A stretch of DNA of 64,000 bases from Escherichia coli (GCF_003334815.1 NZ_QOWO01000001.1), one strand, 5' to 3'; numbered from the stretch's first letter, positions 22,091 to 35,359 are shown. Numbers and translations: made by a program. The notes: a model not told the origin generated them from the letters alone.

Positions 22091-22127
22091 AGGGCGTTAT
22101 CTGACCTGTCAGATAACGCCCTTTTCC
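22091..22127 (+). terminator. Hairpin after yraH (possible intra-operon attenuator/terminator)
   Basis: Inverted repeat ggcgttatctgacc / gtcagataacgcc followed by cttttcc. Confidence 0.5.
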
Positions 22128-22163
22128 TTCCTCTTTCTCGTTGTATCAGGTTGAAAAATAACT

Positions 22164-22859
22164 ATGTCAAAACGAACATTCGCGGTGATATTAACCTTGT
22201 TGTGTAGCTTCTGTATTGGCCAGGCGCTTGCAGGAGGAATCGTTTTACAGCGAACGCGAGTGATCTATGATGCCAGCCGCAAAGAGGCTGCGTTACCTGT
22301 CGCAAACAAAGGCGCAGAAACGCCTTATTTACTGCAATCATGGGTAGATAATATAGATGGTAAAAGCCGTGCCCCATTTATTATAACCCCACCGCTATTT
22401 CGTCTTGAGGCTGGCGATGACTCATCACTGCGAATTATTAAAACAGCTGATAACCTGCCTGAAAATAAAGAGTCGCTGTTCTACATTAATGTTCGTGCCA
22501 TTCCAGCAAAGAAAAAATCAGATGATGTTAATGCTAACGAGTTGACGCTGGTATTTAAAACACGGATCAAAATGTTTTATCGCCCCGCACACCTGAAGGG
22601 ACGGGTAAACGATGCGTGGAAATCACTGGAATTTAAACGTAGTGACCATTCACTCAATATATATAACCCAACTGAATATTACGTCGTATTTGCCGGACTG
22701 GCAGTCGATAAAACCGATCTCACAAGCAAAATTGAATATATCGCGCCCGGAGAACATAAACAGTTACCACTTCCTGCATCTGGCGGAAAGAACGTGAAAT
22801 GGGCTGCGATCAATGATTATGGCGGCAGTTCCGGGACAGAAACTCGTCCACTGCAATAA
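22164..22859 (+). CDS. yraI: Periplasmic fimbrial chaperone (PapD-like)
   Basis: 231-aa ORF with signal peptide and chaperone motifs. Confidence 0.85.
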
Positions 22860-22887
22860 AAAATATAAAAACACAGGTCATCAGGGA

Positions 22888-25413
22888 ATGCCACAACGAC
22901 ACCACCAGGGACATAAACGCACACCGAAACAGTTGGCGCTCATCATCAAACGTTGTTTGCCGATGGTGCTCACTGGCAGCGGCATGCTTTGCACTACCGC
23001 TAACGCCGAAGAGTATTATTTCGACCCCATTATGCTGGAAACCACAAAAAGTGGTATGCAAACAACCGATCTGTCGCGTTTTTCAAAAAAATATGCACAA
23101 CTACCAGGAACTTATCAGGTTGATATCTGGCTGAATAAAAAGAAGGTTTCACAGAAAAAAATTACATTTACCGCCAATGCAGAGCAACTTCTGCAGCCAC
23201 AGTTTACGGTAGAACAACTACGTGAGCTGGGTATTAAGGTGGATGAAATCCCGGCGCTGGCTGAAAAAGATGACGATAGCGTGATCAACTCGCTTGAACA
23301 AATCATTCCCGGTACAGCTGCTGAATTTGATTTCAATCATCAGCAACTTAATTTGAGCATTCCCCAAATTGCACTGTACCGTGATGCAAGAGGTTACGTC
23401 TCCCCTTCTCGTTGGGACGATGGTATACCAACGCTGTTTACCAACTACTCGTTTACAGGTTCTGATAACCGTTACCGCCAGGGCAATCGTAGCCAACGAC
23501 AGTACCTGAATATGCAAAATGGTGCTAATTTTGGCCCCTGGCGATTACGCAACTATTCCACATGGACACGCAACGATCAGACATCAAGCTGGAATACCAT
23601 CAGTAGTTATTTACAACGTGATATCAAGGCGTTGAAGTCTCAGTTGCTTCTGGGAGAAAGCGCCACCAGCGGCAGTATTTTTTCCAGCTACACCTTTACT
23701 GGCGTGCAACTCGCTTCCGACGATAATATGTTGCCAAACAGCCAGCGCGGATTTGCCCCAACGGTACGCGGTATCGCAAACAGTAGTGCAATCGTGACTA
23801 TCAGGCAAAATGGTTATGTGATCTATCAAAGCAACGTGTCAGCGGGTGCCTTTGAAATTAACGATCTCTACCCCTCTTCCAACAGCGGCGATTTAGAAGT
23901 CACGATTGAAGAAAGTGACGGTACACAACGTCGCTTTATCCAGCCTTATTCTTCATTACCCATGATGCAGCGACCTGGGCATCTAAAGTATAGCGCGACC
24001 GCTGGACGCTATCGCGCTGATGCAAACAGTGATAGCAAGGAACCCGAATTTGCTGAAGCCACGGCAATATATGGTTTGAATAATACTTTTACGCTGTATG
24101 GCGGCCTGCTCGGTTCTGAAGATTATTATGCGCTGGGGATCGGTATCGGCGGCACACTTGGCGCACTGGGCGCACTGGGCGCGTTGTCGATGGATATCAA
24201 CAGAGCTGACACCCAATTCGATAACCAGCACTCTTTTCATGGCTATCAATGGCGTACGCAGTACATCAAAGATATCCCGGAAACCAACACCAATATCGCT
24301 GTCAGCTACTATCGCTATACCAACGATGGCTATTTTAGTTTTAATGAAGCCAATACCCGCAATTGGGACTATAACAGTCGCCAAAAAAGTGAAATTCAAT
24401 TCAACATCAGCCAGACAATATTTGATGGGGTAAGTCTGTATGCCTCCGGTTCGCAGCAAGACTATTGGGGCAATAACGATAAAAACAGGAATATCTCTGT
24501 TGGGGTTTCCGGCCAGCAATGGGGAGTTGGTTACAGCCTGAATTATCAATACAGCCGCTACACTGATCAAAATAATGACCGCGCACTCTCTTTGAATCTC
24601 AGTATTCCGTTAGAACGCTGGTTACCGCGTAGCCGGGTTTCCTATCAGATGACCAGCCAGAAAGATCGCCCAACCCAACATGAAATGCGTCTTGATGGCT
24701 CACTGCTGGATGATGGTCGCCTGAGCTATAGCCTGGAACAAAGTCTGGATGACGATAACAACCATAACAGTAGCCTGAACGCCAGTTACCGTTCACCTTA
24801 TGGCACCTTCAGTGCCGGATACAGCTACGGTAATGACAGCAGCCAATACAATTACGGCGTTACCGGCGGCGTGGTTATCCATCCTCATGGCGTGACGCTC
24901 TCGCAATATCTGGGCAACGCTTTTGCGCTTATCGATGCTAACGGAGCATCTGGCGTGAGGATACAAAACTATCCGGGGATTGCTACCGATCCTTTTGGCT
25001 ATGCAGTGGTTCCTTATCTCACAACTTATCAGGAAAACCGTCTCTCGGTAGATACTACGCAGCTGCCCGATAACGTCGATCTTGAACAAACAACACAGTT
25101 TGTGGTGCCCAACAGAGGTGCAATGGTAGCGGCGCGTTTCAACGCCAATATCGGTTATCGCGTACTTGTTACAGTCAGCGATCGCAACGGTAAACCGTTG
25201 CCCTTTGGCGCTCTTGCCAGCAACGATGATACAGGGCAACAAAGTATCGTCGATGAGGGCGGCATACTATATCTCTCTGGGATATCGAGTAAATCACAAA
25301 GCTGGACTGTACGCTGGGGAAATCAGGCAGATCAACAATGTCAGTTTGCTTTCAGTACACCGGATTCAGAACCTACAACCTCTGTATTACAAGGCACAGC
25401 GCAGTGCCATTAA
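22888..25413 (+). CDS. yraJ: Outer membrane fimbrial usher
   Basis: ORF 22813..25413; start placed at the first internal ATG (MPQRHH...); exact start uncertain. Confidence 0.8.
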   Translation: MPQRHHQGHKRTPKQLALIIKRCLPMVLTGSGMLCTTANAEEYYFDPIMLETTKSGMQTTDLSRFSKKYAQLPGTYQVDIWLNKKKVSQKKITFTANAEQLLQPQFTVEQLRELGIKVDEIPALAEKDDDSVINSLEQIIPGTAAEFDFNHQQLNLSIPQIALYRDARGYVSPSRWDDGIPTLFTNYSFTGSDNRYRQGNRSQRQYLNMQNGANFGPWRLRNYSTWTRNDQTSSWNTISSYLQRDIKALKSQLLLGESATSGSIFSSYTFTGVQLASDDNMLPNSQRGFAPTVRGIANSSAIVTIRQNGYVIYQSNVSAGAFEINDLYPSSNSGDLEVTIEESDGTQRRFIQPYSSLPMMQRPGHLKYSATAGRYRADANSDSKEPEFAEATAIYGLNNTFTLYGGLLGSEDYYALGIGIGGTLGALGALGALSMDINRADTQFDNQHSFHGYQWRTQYIKDIPETNTNIAVSYYRYTNDGYFSFNEANTRNWDYNSRQKSEIQFNISQTIFDGVSLYASGSQQDYWGNNDKNRNISVGVSGQQWGVGYSLNYQYSRYTDQNNDRALSLNLSIPLERWLPRSRVSYQMTSQKDRPTQHEMRLDGSLLDDGRLSYSLEQSLDDDNNHNSSLNASYRSPYGTFSAGYSYGNDSSQYNYGVTGGVVIHPHGVTLSQYLGNAFALIDANGASGVRIQNYPGIATDPFGYAVVPYLTTYQENRLSVDTTQLPDNVDLEQTTQFVVPNRGAMVAARFNANIGYRVLVTVSDRNGKPLPFGALASNDDTGQQSIVDEGGILYLSGISSKSQSWTVRWGNQADQQCQFAFSTPDSEPTTSVLQGTAQCH

Positions 25414-25423
25414 GGATAAAAAA

Positions 25424-26515
25424 ATGAAAAGAGCGCCTCTTATAACAGGTCTTTTGTTGATATCCACATCCTGCGCTTATGCCTCCTCAGGAGGGTGTGG
25501 AGCCGACAGCACTAGCGGTGCGACAAATTACAGCAGTGTGGTTGATGATGTTACGGTGAACCAGACAGATAACGTGACAGGACGGGAGTTTACCTCTGCA
25601 ACGCTAAGTAGCACTAACTGGCAATACGCCTGTTCCTGCTCTGCGGGTAAGGCAGTTAAACTTGTCTATATGGTCAGCCCCGTACTTACCACCACTGGAC
25701 ATCAGACAGGATATTACAAACTCAATGACAGCCTGGATATTAAAACCACATTACAGGCAAACGACATTCCAGGACTCACAACCGACCAGGTTGTCTCTGT
25801 TAACACCCGATTCACACAGATAAAAAACAACACGGTATATTCTGCTGCAACCCAAACGGGTGTTTGCCAGGGTGATACGTCTCGTTATGGACCCGTTAAT
25901 ATTGGTGCGAACACCACCTTTACCCTGTATGTCACCAAGCCATTTCTCGGCTCGATGACCATTCCGAAAACGGATATTGCCGTCATTAAAGGCGCGTGGG
26001 TCGATGGAATGGGAAGCCCGTCTACAGGTGACTTCCATGATTTAGTCAAGTTATCGATTCAGGGAAATCTCACCGCCCCACAGTCGTGCAAAATTAATCA
26101 GGGCGATGTTATTAAGGTTAATTTTGGATTCATCAATGGTCAGAAGTTTACCACCCGCAATGCCATGCCAGACGGTTTTACTCCAGTAGACTTTGATATC
26201 ACTTATGACTGTGGTGATACTTCAAAGATTAAAAACTCGTTGCAAATGCGCATCGACGGTACAACTGGGGTAGTAGACCAGTACAACCTGGTCGCCAGGC
26301 GAAGAAGTTCAGACAATGTGCCCGATGTCGGTATTCGTATTGAAAATCTCGGCGGCGGAGTTGCAAATATTCCTTTTCAGAACGGTATCCTTCCCGTTGA
26401 TCCTTCCGGGCATGGCACCGTCAATATGCGCGCCTGGCCAGTTAATCTGGTCGGTGGTGAGCTGGAAACAGGAAAATTTCAGGGCACAGCCACCATTACC
26501 GTCATCGTGCGGTAA
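25424..26515 (+). CDS. yraK: Fimbrial adhesin-like protein
   Basis: ORF 25166..26515; start at MKRAPLITGLLLISTSCAYA (signal peptide), 363 aa. Confidence 0.8.
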   Translation: MKRAPLITGLLLISTSCAYASSGGCGADSTSGATNYSSVVDDVTVNQTDNVTGREFTSATLSSTNWQYACSCSAGKAVKLVYMVSPVLTTTGHQTGYYKLNDSLDIKTTLQANDIPGLTTDQVVSVNTRFTQIKNNTVYSAATQTGVCQGDTSRYGPVNIGANTTFTLYVTKPFLGSMTIPKTDIAVIKGAWVDGMGSPSTGDFHDLVKLSIQGNLTAPQSCKINQGDVIKVNFGFINGQKFTTRNAMPDGFTPVDFDITYDCGDTSKIKNSLQMRIDGTTGVVDQYNLVARRRSSDNVPDVGIRIENLGGGVANIPFQNGILPVDPSGHGTVNMRAWPVNLVGGELETGKFQGTATITVIVR

Positions 26516-26557
26516 AAGAAGACGTTGCGTTTTGATTAACGCAACGCTTCGGCACTG

Positions 26558-27418
26558 TTACCCCTGCTGCTCCAGCGCATACTTATACAGCGCATTTTTC
26601 TTCACGCCGTGAATTTCTGCGGCCAGCGCCGCCGCTTTTTTCAGCGGCAGTTCTGCCTGTAGCAGCGCCAGCGTGCGCAGGGCATCGGCGGGTAAGTCTT
26701 CTTCCTGTGCTTTATGACCTTCGACAATCAGCACCATTTCGCCTTTGCGACGGTTTTCATCTTCCTTTACCCACGCCAGCAGCTCGCCAACGGGCGCGCC
26801 GTGAATGGTTTCCCAGGTTTTGGTCAGCTCACGCGCCAGAACCACGTAGCGGGATTCGCCTAATACCGCAACGATATCTTCCAGGCTATCTAACAGACGG
26901 TGGGTAGATTCATAAAAAATCAGCGTGCGCGGCTCCGCTTCAATGGCTTTTAGCGCATCACGGCGGCCTTTTGATTTGGCAGGTAAAAAGCCTTCGTAAC
27001 AGAAACGGTCAGAGGGTAAACCCGCTGCGCTTAACGCAGTGATAGCAGCACACGGCCCGGGTAGCGGCACCACGCGGATCCCCGCTTCACGGCAGGTACG
27101 CACCAGATGGTAGCCAGGATCGTTAATTAGCGGCGTTCCGGCATCGGAAACCAGCGCAATGTTTTGCCCCTCTTGCAGCTTCGCCAGCAGCGTTTCAGCT
27201 TTTTGTTGTTCGTTATGGTCGTGCAGCGCAAACAACCGGGCATTAATCCCAAAATGTTGCAGCAATAAACCGGTGTGACGAGTATCCTCGGCGGCAATCA
27301 GATCAACGGCCTGTAATACCTCTAACGCACGCTGGGTGATATCCGCCAGATTGCCGATTGGCGTCGGTACAATGTAAAGCTGGCCCTGAGAATTATCCGC
27401 CGATTGGTGTTGTTTCAT
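26558..27418 (-). CDS. rsmI: 16S rRNA (cytidine1402-2'-O)-methyltransferase
   Basis: 286-aa ORF of the tetrapyrrole-methylase-like fold. Confidence 0.9.
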
Positions 27419-27482
27419 TGTGTCGTCCGTATTGCCGATTTAATATTGAGCATTGCGTAAAAAAAATATCACTGGATACATT

Positions 27483-29519
27483 ATGGTACCCTCAACATTT
27501 TCTCGTTTGAAAGCCGCGCGTTGTCTGCCTGTTGTTCTGGCAGCCCTGATTTTCGCCGGTTGTGGCACCCATACTCCCGATCAGTCCACTGCTTATATGC
27601 AGGGCACGGCGCAGGCTGATTCTGCCTTTTATCTTCAGCAGATGCAGCAAAGCTCTGATGATACCAGGATCAACTGGCAATTACTCGCCATTCGTGCACT
27701 GGTGAAAGAAGGTAAAACCGGGCAGGCGGTTGAGTTGTTTAACCAACTACCGCAAGAACTGAACGATGCTCAGCGTCGCGAGAAAACACTGCTGGCGGTA
27801 GAGATTAAACTGGCGCAGAAAGATTTTGCTGGCGCGCAAAACTTGCTGGCGAAAATCACACCTGCCGATTTAGAACAAAACCAGCAAGCGCGTTACTGGC
27901 AGGCAAAAATCGATGCCAGCCAGGGGCGTCCTTCCATTGATTTACTGCGCGCGTTAATTGCTCAGGAACCGCTGCTTGGCGCGAAAGAAAAACAGCAGAA
28001 TATTGATGCCACCTGGCAGGCGCTCTCCTCCATGACTCAGGAACAGGCGAATACGCTGGTGATCAACGCCGACGAAAATATTCTGCAAGGCTGGCTGGAT
28101 CTGCAGCGCGTCTGGTTTGATAACCGTAACGATCCCGACATGATGAAAGCCGGGATCGCCGACTGGCAGAAACGTTATCCGAACAATCCGGGCGCGAAAA
28201 TGCTGCCAACGCAGTTGGTTAACGTAAAAGCGTTTAAACCAGCCTCGACCAACAAAATCGCCCTGCTGTTGCCACTGAATGGCCAGGCAGCGGTATTTGG
28301 TCGCACTATTCAGCAAGGCTTTGAAGCGGCGAAAAATATCGGCACTCAGCCAGTGGCAGCTCAGGTAGCTGCCGCACCTGCCGCAGACGTAGCTGAACAA
28401 CCTCAGCCGCAAACCGTGGATGGCGTTGCCAGCCCGGCACAAGCCTCGGTTAGCGATCTGACCGGTGAACAGCCTGCAGCCCAGCCGGTGCCTGTAAGCG
28501 CCCCGGCGACAAGCACCGCAGCGGTAAGCGCACCCGCAAATCCATCCGCAGAGCTGAAAATCTACGATACCTCATCACAACCACTTAGCCAGATCTTAAG
28601 CCAGGTTCAGCAGGATGGCGCGAGTATTGTGGTCGGTCCGTTGCTGAAAAATAACGTTGAAGAGTTGCTGAAGAGCAACACTCCGCTGAACGTACTGGCA
28701 CTGAACCAGCCGGAGAATATCGAAAATCGCGTCAATATTTGTTACTTCGCGCTTTCACCGGAAGACGAAGCGCGCGATGCAGCGCGTCATATTCGTGACC
28801 AGGGTAAACAAGCGCCGCTGGTGCTGATCCCACGCAGTTCATTGGGCGATCGCGTAGCCAATGCGTTTGCGCAAGAGTGGCAGAAACTGGGCGGCGGCAC
28901 CGTTCTGCAACAAAAATTTGGTTCCACCAGCGAATTACGCGCGGGTGTTAACGGCGGTTCTGGTATTGCTTTAACGGGTAGCCCGATTACTCTCAGAGCG
29001 ACAACCGACTCCGGCATGACGACCAACAATCCAACGCTGCAAACCACGCCAACCGATGACCAGTTCACCAATAATGGCGGTCGTGTCGATGCGGTGTACA
29101 TTGTGGCAACGCCGGGTGAAATCGCTTTTATCAAACCGATGATCGCCATGCGTAACGGTAGCCAGAGCGGTGCAACGCTGTACGCCAGCTCCCGCAGTGC
29201 GCAAGGGACCGCTGGCCCGGATTTCCGACTGGAGATGGAAGGCTTGCAGTACAGCGAAATCCCGATGCTGGCAGGCGGTAATCTACCGTTAATGCAGCAG
29301 GCACTCAGCGCGGTGAATAACGATTATTCACTGGCTCGCATGTATGCGATGGGCGTCGATGCCTGGTCGCTGGCAAATCATTTCTCACAAATGCGCCAGG
29401 TTCAGGGTTTTGAAATCAACGGTAATACCGGAAGCCTGACGGCTAACCCGGATTGCGTGATTAACAGGAACTTATCATGGCTACAGTACCAACAAGGTCA
29501 GGTAGTCCCCGTCAGTTAA
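27483..29519 (+). CDS. lpoA: Outer membrane lipoprotein activator of PBP1A
   Basis: ORF 27453..29519; start at [10 protein letters not shown] (678 aa); lipobox LAALIFAGC; TPR-like N-domain and Ala/Pro/Gln-rich linker. Confidence 0.9.
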   Translation: MVPSTFSRLKAARCLPVVLAALIFAGCGTHTPDQSTAYMQGTAQADSAFYLQQMQQSSDDTRINWQLLAIRALVKEGKTGQAVELFNQLPQELNDAQRREKTLLAVEIKLAQKDFAGAQNLLAKITPADLEQNQQARYWQAKIDASQGRPSIDLLRALIAQEPLLGAKEKQQNIDATWQALSSMTQEQANTLVINADENILQGWLDLQRVWFDNRNDPDMMKAGIADWQKRYPNNPGAKMLPTQLVNVKAFKPASTNKIALLLPLNGQAAVFGRTIQQGFEAAKNIGTQPVAAQVAAAPAADVAEQPQPQTVDGVASPAQASVSDLTGEQPAAQPVPVSAPATSTAAVSAPANPSAELKIYDTSSQPLSQILSQVQQDGASIVVGPLLKNNVEELLKSNTPLNVLALNQPENIENRVNICYFALSPEDEARDAARHIRDQGKQAPLVLIPRSSLGDRVANAFAQEWQKLGGGTVLQQKFGSTSELRAGVNGGSGIALTGSPITLRATTDSGMTTNNPTLQTTPTDDQFTNNGGRVDAVYIVATPGEIAFIKPMIAMRNGSQSGATLYASSRSAQGTAGPDFRLEMEGLQYSEIPMLAGGNLPLMQQALSAVNNDYSLARMYAMGVDAWSLANHFSQMRQVQGFEINGNTGSLTANPDCVINRNLSWLQYQQGQVVPVS

Positions 29520-29872
29520 CCACCAAACAGACCGGCGATGCGTGGGAAGCACAAGCGCGTCGCTGGCTGGAAGGCAAAGGACTGCGGTTTATCGCCGCTA
29601 ACGTGAACGAGCGTGGCGGCGAGATCGATCTGATAATGCGTGAAGGCCGGACCACCATTTTTGTCGAGGTACGCTATCGCCGCTCTGCGCTTTATGGCGG
29701 CGCGGCAGCCAGTGTGACCCGCAGCAAACAACACAAATTATTACAGACTGCCCGCTTGTGGCTCGCGCGTCATAATGGGAGTTTTGATACTGTGGATTGC
29801 CGGTTCGATGTGGTAGCCTTCACCGGGAATGAGGTTGAGTGGATTAAGGATGCCTTTAATGACCACTCATAA
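29477..29872 (+). CDS. yraN: UPF0102 family protein YraN (predicted endonuclease fold)
   Basis: 131-aa ORF overlapping the lpoA 3' end by 43 nt. Confidence 0.85.
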   Translation: MATVPTRSGSPRQLTTKQTGDAWEAQARRWLEGKGLRFIAANVNERGGEIDLIMREGRTTIFVEVRYRRSALYGGAAASVTRSKQHKLLQTARLWLARHNGSFDTVDCRFDVVAFTGNEVEWIKDAFNDHS

Positions 29873-29891
29873 TTAAGGTTTAAGGATTAGC

Positions 29892-30482
29892 GTGCAAGAA
29901 AGAATTAAAGCTTGCTTCACTGAAAGCATTCAAACTCAAATTGCGGCGGCAGAGGCGCTTCCGGATGCCATCTCCCGTGCAGCCATGACGCTGGTTCAGT
30001 CTCTGCTCAATGGCAACAAAATCCTCTGTTGTGGTAATGGAACTTCCGCTGCCAATGCACAGCATTTTGCTGCCAGCATGATCAACCGTTTCGAAACGGA
30101 GCGGCCCAGCTTACCTGCCATTGCACTAAATACTGATAATGTTGTCTTAACGGCGATTGCCAACGATCGCTTACATGATGAAGTGTATGCAAAACAGGTG
30201 CGGGCGCTGGGTCATGCGGGAGATGTATTGTTAGCCATTTCCACCCGTGGCAACAGCCGCGATATTGTTAAAGCAGTTGAAGCCGCCGTTACGCGTGATA
30301 TGACCATTGTGGCATTGACCGGCTATGACGGCGGCGAACTTGCAGGTTTGTTAGGGCCACAGGATGTGGAGATCCGCATTCCTTCGCATCGTAGTGCTCG
30401 CATTCAGGAAATGCATATGCTGACGGTAAATTGCCTGTGCGATCTGATCGATAACACGCTTTTCCCTCACCAGGATGATTAA
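29892..30482 (+). CDS. diaA: DnaA initiator-associating protein (SIS domain)
   Basis: 196-aa ORF with apparent GTG start. Confidence 0.9.
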
Positions 30483-30491
30483 GGAGAATAC

Positions 30492-31067
30492 ATGAAGGCA
30501 TTATCGCCAATCGCAGTCCTTATTTCCGCGCTGCTGTTGCAAGGTTGTGTTGCCGCTGCCGTAGTGGGTACCGCTGCTGTGGGTACCAAAGCCGCAACTG
30601 ACCCACGCAGTGTCGGCACCCAGGTGGACGATGGTACCCTGGAAGTGCGCGTGAACAGCGCATTGTCGAAAGACGAACAGATTAAGAAAGAAGCGCGCAT
30701 TAATGTAACGGCCTATCAGGGCAAAGTGCTGCTGGTTGGGCAGTCACCAAATGCTGAACTTTCGGCTCGCGCCAAACAGATTGCTATGGGCGTAGACGGT
30801 GCCAACGAAGTGTATAACGAGATTCGTCAGGGCCAGCCGATTGGTCTGGGCGAAGCATCTAACGATACGTGGATCACCACCAAAGTGCGTTCGCAGCTCT
30901 TAACCAGCGACCTGGTGAAATCGTCCAACGTGAAAGTGACCACCGAAAACGGTGAAGTGTTCCTGATGGGGCTGGTGACTGAACGTGAAGCGAAAGCGGC
31001 GGCAGATATTGCCAGCCGGGTGAGCGGCGTGAAGCGGGTAACTACGGCGTTTACGTTTATTAAATAG
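30492..31067 (+). CDS. dolP: Outer membrane lipoprotein DolP (YraP), dual BON domains
   Basis: 191-aa ORF with lipobox LLLQGC. Confidence 0.9.
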   Translation: MKALSPIAVLISALLLQGCVAAAVVGTAAVGTKAATDPRSVGTQVDDGTLEVRVNSALSKDEQIKKEARINVTAYQGKVLLVGQSPNAELSARAKQIAMGVDGANEVYNEIRQGQPIGLGEASNDTWITTKVRSQLLTSDLVKSSNVKVTTENGEVFLMGLVTEREAKAAADIASRVSGVKRVTTAFTFIK

Positions 31068-31079
31068 CAGCCCCTTGTA

Positions 31080-31168
31080 ATGCCTGATGCGACGCTTGCC
31101 GCGTCTTATCAGGCCTACAACGATACAAACCGTAGGTCAGATAAGGCGTTTACGCCGCATCCGACATG
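31080..31168. repeat. REP-type extragenic palindromic elements
   Basis: gcctgatgcgacgcttgccgcgtcttatcaggcctac and ggcgtttacgccgcatccgac motifs. Confidence 0.6.
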
Positions 31169-31180
31169 TTTTCCCTCAAA

Positions 31181-32221
31181 TCAGAACAACAGCGCCAGCC
31201 CGCCGACAATCACACCAGACACTGCCACCATCGCCCCTGTCAGCCATAAGGCTTTCGCCGGGAACGCTTTGCGCAGCATAATCAGTGACGGCAAACTCAC
31301 TGCCGGGAGCGTCATCAACAATGCCAGCGCCGGAGCGGTTCCCATACCTGCCAGCATCATCGTTTGTACAATCGGAATTTCTGCTGCCGTGGGAATGACA
31401 AACAAGCATCCTGCTACCGCCATCGCCACCACCCACATCAGGCTGTTATCGACAGCACCATCGGCATGGGGGAATAACCAGACGCGAGCGGCACCCAACA
31501 CCAGTACTGCAAGGATGTAAACCGGGATCGTACTCCAGAAAAGCGTCCATAGCGCCCTGCCCCAGCGGCTAAAAAACCCGCCCTGTGCTTCCGGTATGTC
31601 AATTTCGACCGGTGCCTGCGTTTGCGGTGTTTCACGCACCCATTTTTGCACCAGCGTCGCAATCAGCAACACCATCACCAGCCCGGCCACCAGACGAATC
31701 GCCGCAAAACCCCAGCCGAGGACAAAGCCCATAAACACCAGCGTCGCCGGGTTTAACACCGGATTGCCCATCCAGAATGCCAGCGCACCGCCCATCGACA
31801 CCTGTTGGCGACGCATTCCCGCCGCGACCGGAGCCGCACAGCAGGTACACATCATGCCCGGCAACGAAAACAGCGTTCCCAGCAGCGTGCCGCGAAAGCG
31901 CGATTGCCCAAGCGTACGCAACAACCAGTCACGCGGGATCAGCACCTGAATCAACGAACCGAGGATCACCCCCAGCACCGCCGCTTTCCATACCGCGAGG
32001 AAATAGATCATCGCGTAATCCAACGCCGCCTGCCATGGATTAGCATCCGCCTGCGCAAGGATAGATTTACCGATACTGTGGGTTTCGGCAGCAGTAAACG
32101 CTTTGCCGTAGTAAGGTTCCCATTTCACATACCAGAGACCGGCAATGACAACGAGAAAGAAAAGCGCGGGTTTCCACCACTGAATGGGCGTTGCCGCCTG
32201 AGATGAAGACTGACCAGTCAT
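31181..32221 (-). CDS. yraQ: Predicted permease YraQ
   Basis: 346-aa polytopic membrane ORF. Confidence 0.85.
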   Translation of the reverse strand: MTGQSSSQAATPIQWWKPALFFLVVIAGLWYVKWEPYYGKAFTAAETHSIGKSILAQADANPWQAALDYAMIYFLAVWKAAVLGVILGSLIQVLIPRDWLLRTLGQSRFRGTLLGTLFSLPGMMCTCCAAPVAAGMRRQQVSMGGALAFWMGNPVLNPATLVFMGFVLGWGFAAIRLVAGLVMVLLIATLVQKWVRETPQTQAPVEIDIPEAQGGFFSRWGRALWTLFWSTIPVYILAVLVLGAARVWLFPHADGAVDNSLMWVVAMAVAGCLFVIPTAAEIPIVQTMMLAGMGTAPALALLMTLPAVSLPSLIMLRKAFPAKALWLTGAMVAVSGVIVGGLALLF

Positions 32222-32293
32222 AGCATTCCCCAGGAATAAGTTATGATAATTGAGCGCGTGAATATTACGCTCACTATCAATTCTTGGGAATAA

Positions 32294-32981
<688 letters not shown>

Positions 32982-32982
32982 T

Positions 32983-33554
<572 letters not shown>

Positions 33555-33575
<21 letters not shown>

Positions 33576-33998
33576 GTCGCGTAGCCAAATCATTTTTTTA
33601 CCAAAGCCCAGCGTGTTGTCGGTGAATTTGATTTCATCGAGCCGGATTTCCCACACCGGGGCCGACAGCATTCTGGCAACCGGAAAGCGACGATTGTACG
33701 CCTTGCGCGCGAGGTCGCTTTCCTCACCTTCCAGCCTGCGGATCTCACCTTTAAACTGCACACCGCGAATTAACGCTACCGTTTTCGGCTGACCGTTTAC
33801 CGTTCCGGCAACCGCAGCCTGCGGCCCACTCATCTGCGCGTGGCGCGTTTTTTCTTCCGTCAAAATGTAGAAGGCGACTTTCTGCGCATCAAAAAGATAA
33901 AAGGCATTAGCGCACCAGAGTTCCCCTTCCTGCTGCACACACCAAGTGACAACATGTTGTTTTGCCAGCCAACGGCTGATGGCGATGAGTGTTTCCAT
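33555..33998 (-). CDS. yhbP: UPF0306 protein YhbP (pyridoxamine-phosphate-oxidase-like fold)
   Basis: 147-aa ORF. Confidence 0.8.
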
Positions 33999-34048
33999 TG
34001 CTGTTCTCTTTTATACTGTGGGCCTGACCTTAACATGCGACGCAGACG

Positions 34049-34351
34049 ATGACACCCTGGTTTCTTTACTTGATCCGTACCGCCGACAATAAGCTTTATA
34101 CCGGGATCACCACGGATGTCGAACGCCGCTATCAGCAGCACCAAAGCGGCAAAGGGGCGAAAGCACTGCGCGGGAAAGGAGAACTAACGCTGGTGTTTTC
34201 CGCGCCAGTGGGCGATCGTTCGCTGGCGTTACGGGCGGAATATCGCGTTAAGCAACTGACCAAACGGCAAAAAGAGCGTCTGGTAGCGGAAGGCGCAGGG
34301 TTTGCAGAGCTGTTAAGCAGTCTGCAAACCCCGGAGATTAAAAGCGATTGA
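34049..34351 (+). CDS. yhbQ: GIY-YIG domain nuclease YhbQ
   Basis: 100-aa ORF with LYTGITTD...RRYQQH GIY-YIG signature. Confidence 0.85.
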   Translation: MTPWFLYLIRTADNKLYTGITTDVERRYQQHQSGKGAKALRGKGELTLVFSAPVGDRSLALRAEYRVKQLTKRQKERLVAEGAGFAELLSSLQTPEIKSD

Positions 34352-34841
34352 AATGCTCGTGATACTCAACCAGGCCGGTAACGCCATTCAGCGCGTCATC
34401 CGCTAAACGATGTACCTGGAAGGCGCTTTCAGTGCCCGGCCAGCGGCAACGCAGATCGTGATGCGCCGCCAGTTCAAAGCCGAAACGACTGTACAGCGCC
34501 GGATCGCCCAGCGTCACCACTGCGGCATAGCCGAACTCATTAAGCGAATCGAGTCCTTCATAGACCAGTTGGCGTGCCAGCCCCTGTCCACGGTATTTTT
34601 CATCAACCGCCAACGGTGCCATGCCGACCCATTGCAGGTCTTCGCCCTGCACATCAACCGGACTAAATGCCACATAGCCAATGACCTGACCTTCGTCATC
34701 TGTCGCCACCAGCCCCAGCGTCAGAAAGCCATCTTCACGCAGATCGTGAACCAGCTTCGCTTCCGCATCACTTTCGAATGAGCGACGCAGCAGGGCATCA
34801 ATACCCGGCGCATCAATGGGAATTTCTACTCGAATTAGCAT
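34338..34841 (-). CDS. yhbS: GNAT family N-acetyltransferase YhbS
   Basis: 167-aa ORF with GNAT motif [10 protein letters not shown]. Confidence 0.85.
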   Translation of the reverse strand: MLIRVEIPIDAPGIDALLRRSFESDAEAKLVHDLREDGFLTLGLVATDDEGQVIGYVAFSPVDVQGEDLQWVGMAPLAVDEKYRGQGLARQLVYEGLDSLNEFGYAAVVTLGDPALYSRFGFELAAHHDLRCRWPGTESAFQVHRLADDALNGVTGLVEYHEHFNRF

Positions 34842-35359
34842 GGTTCACCTACCGATGTCTGTTTGGTTTCAGGCGCGGTTTTCATTCCCGCCTCAACAAA
34901 ATCCGCCAGTTGCAGCAGCATCATGCGTAAGGCTTTCGGCATTTGCTCCAGTTCAATGGCGTCCATCAGGTTTTTCACATACAGCCCCAGCTCCGTATCG
35001 CCTTCAATCACCAGCCGACGCTGGAAGAAGAGCGTATCCGGATCTTGTTTACGCGCCGCAATCATCAGCAGATCGCTGGCGTCGGCACTAAAACTCACAT
35101 CAGCTTGCGCGTTCTGGCTAACGACCAGTTTGCCATTCACCACCGAGGTAAACCATTGCAGGTCAATATCACGCACATGAATACTTAACCAGCGGCCTTC
35201 AAGAAACTCCAGCTCGCCATCATCCAGCGCCTGGCGGAATTGCCAGCTTAAGACCTGCTCAAGAACCTGGCGTTTTAGCGCAAATGGCGTCAGTTTTACC
35301 GGTACACTCAACAGAGATGGCCCCAAATGCACAATACGGGAACGCAGTTTATCCAACAC
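34835..35359 (-). CDS. ubiT: SCP2-domain protein UbiT (YhbT), O2-independent ubiquinone biosynthesis accessory factor
   Basis: ORF 34835..35383; start uncertain (ATG at 35383 or GTG at 35359); divergent from ubiUV. Confidence 0.8.
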   Translation of the reverse strand: MLDKLRSRIVHLGPSLLSVPVKLTPFALKRQVLEQVLSWQFRQALDDGELEFLEGRWLSIHVRDIDLQWFTSVVNGKLVVSQNAQADVSFSADASDLLMIAARKQDPDTLFFQRRLVIEGDTELGLYVKNLMDAIELEQMPKALRMMLLQLADFVEAGMKTAPETKQTSVGEPC

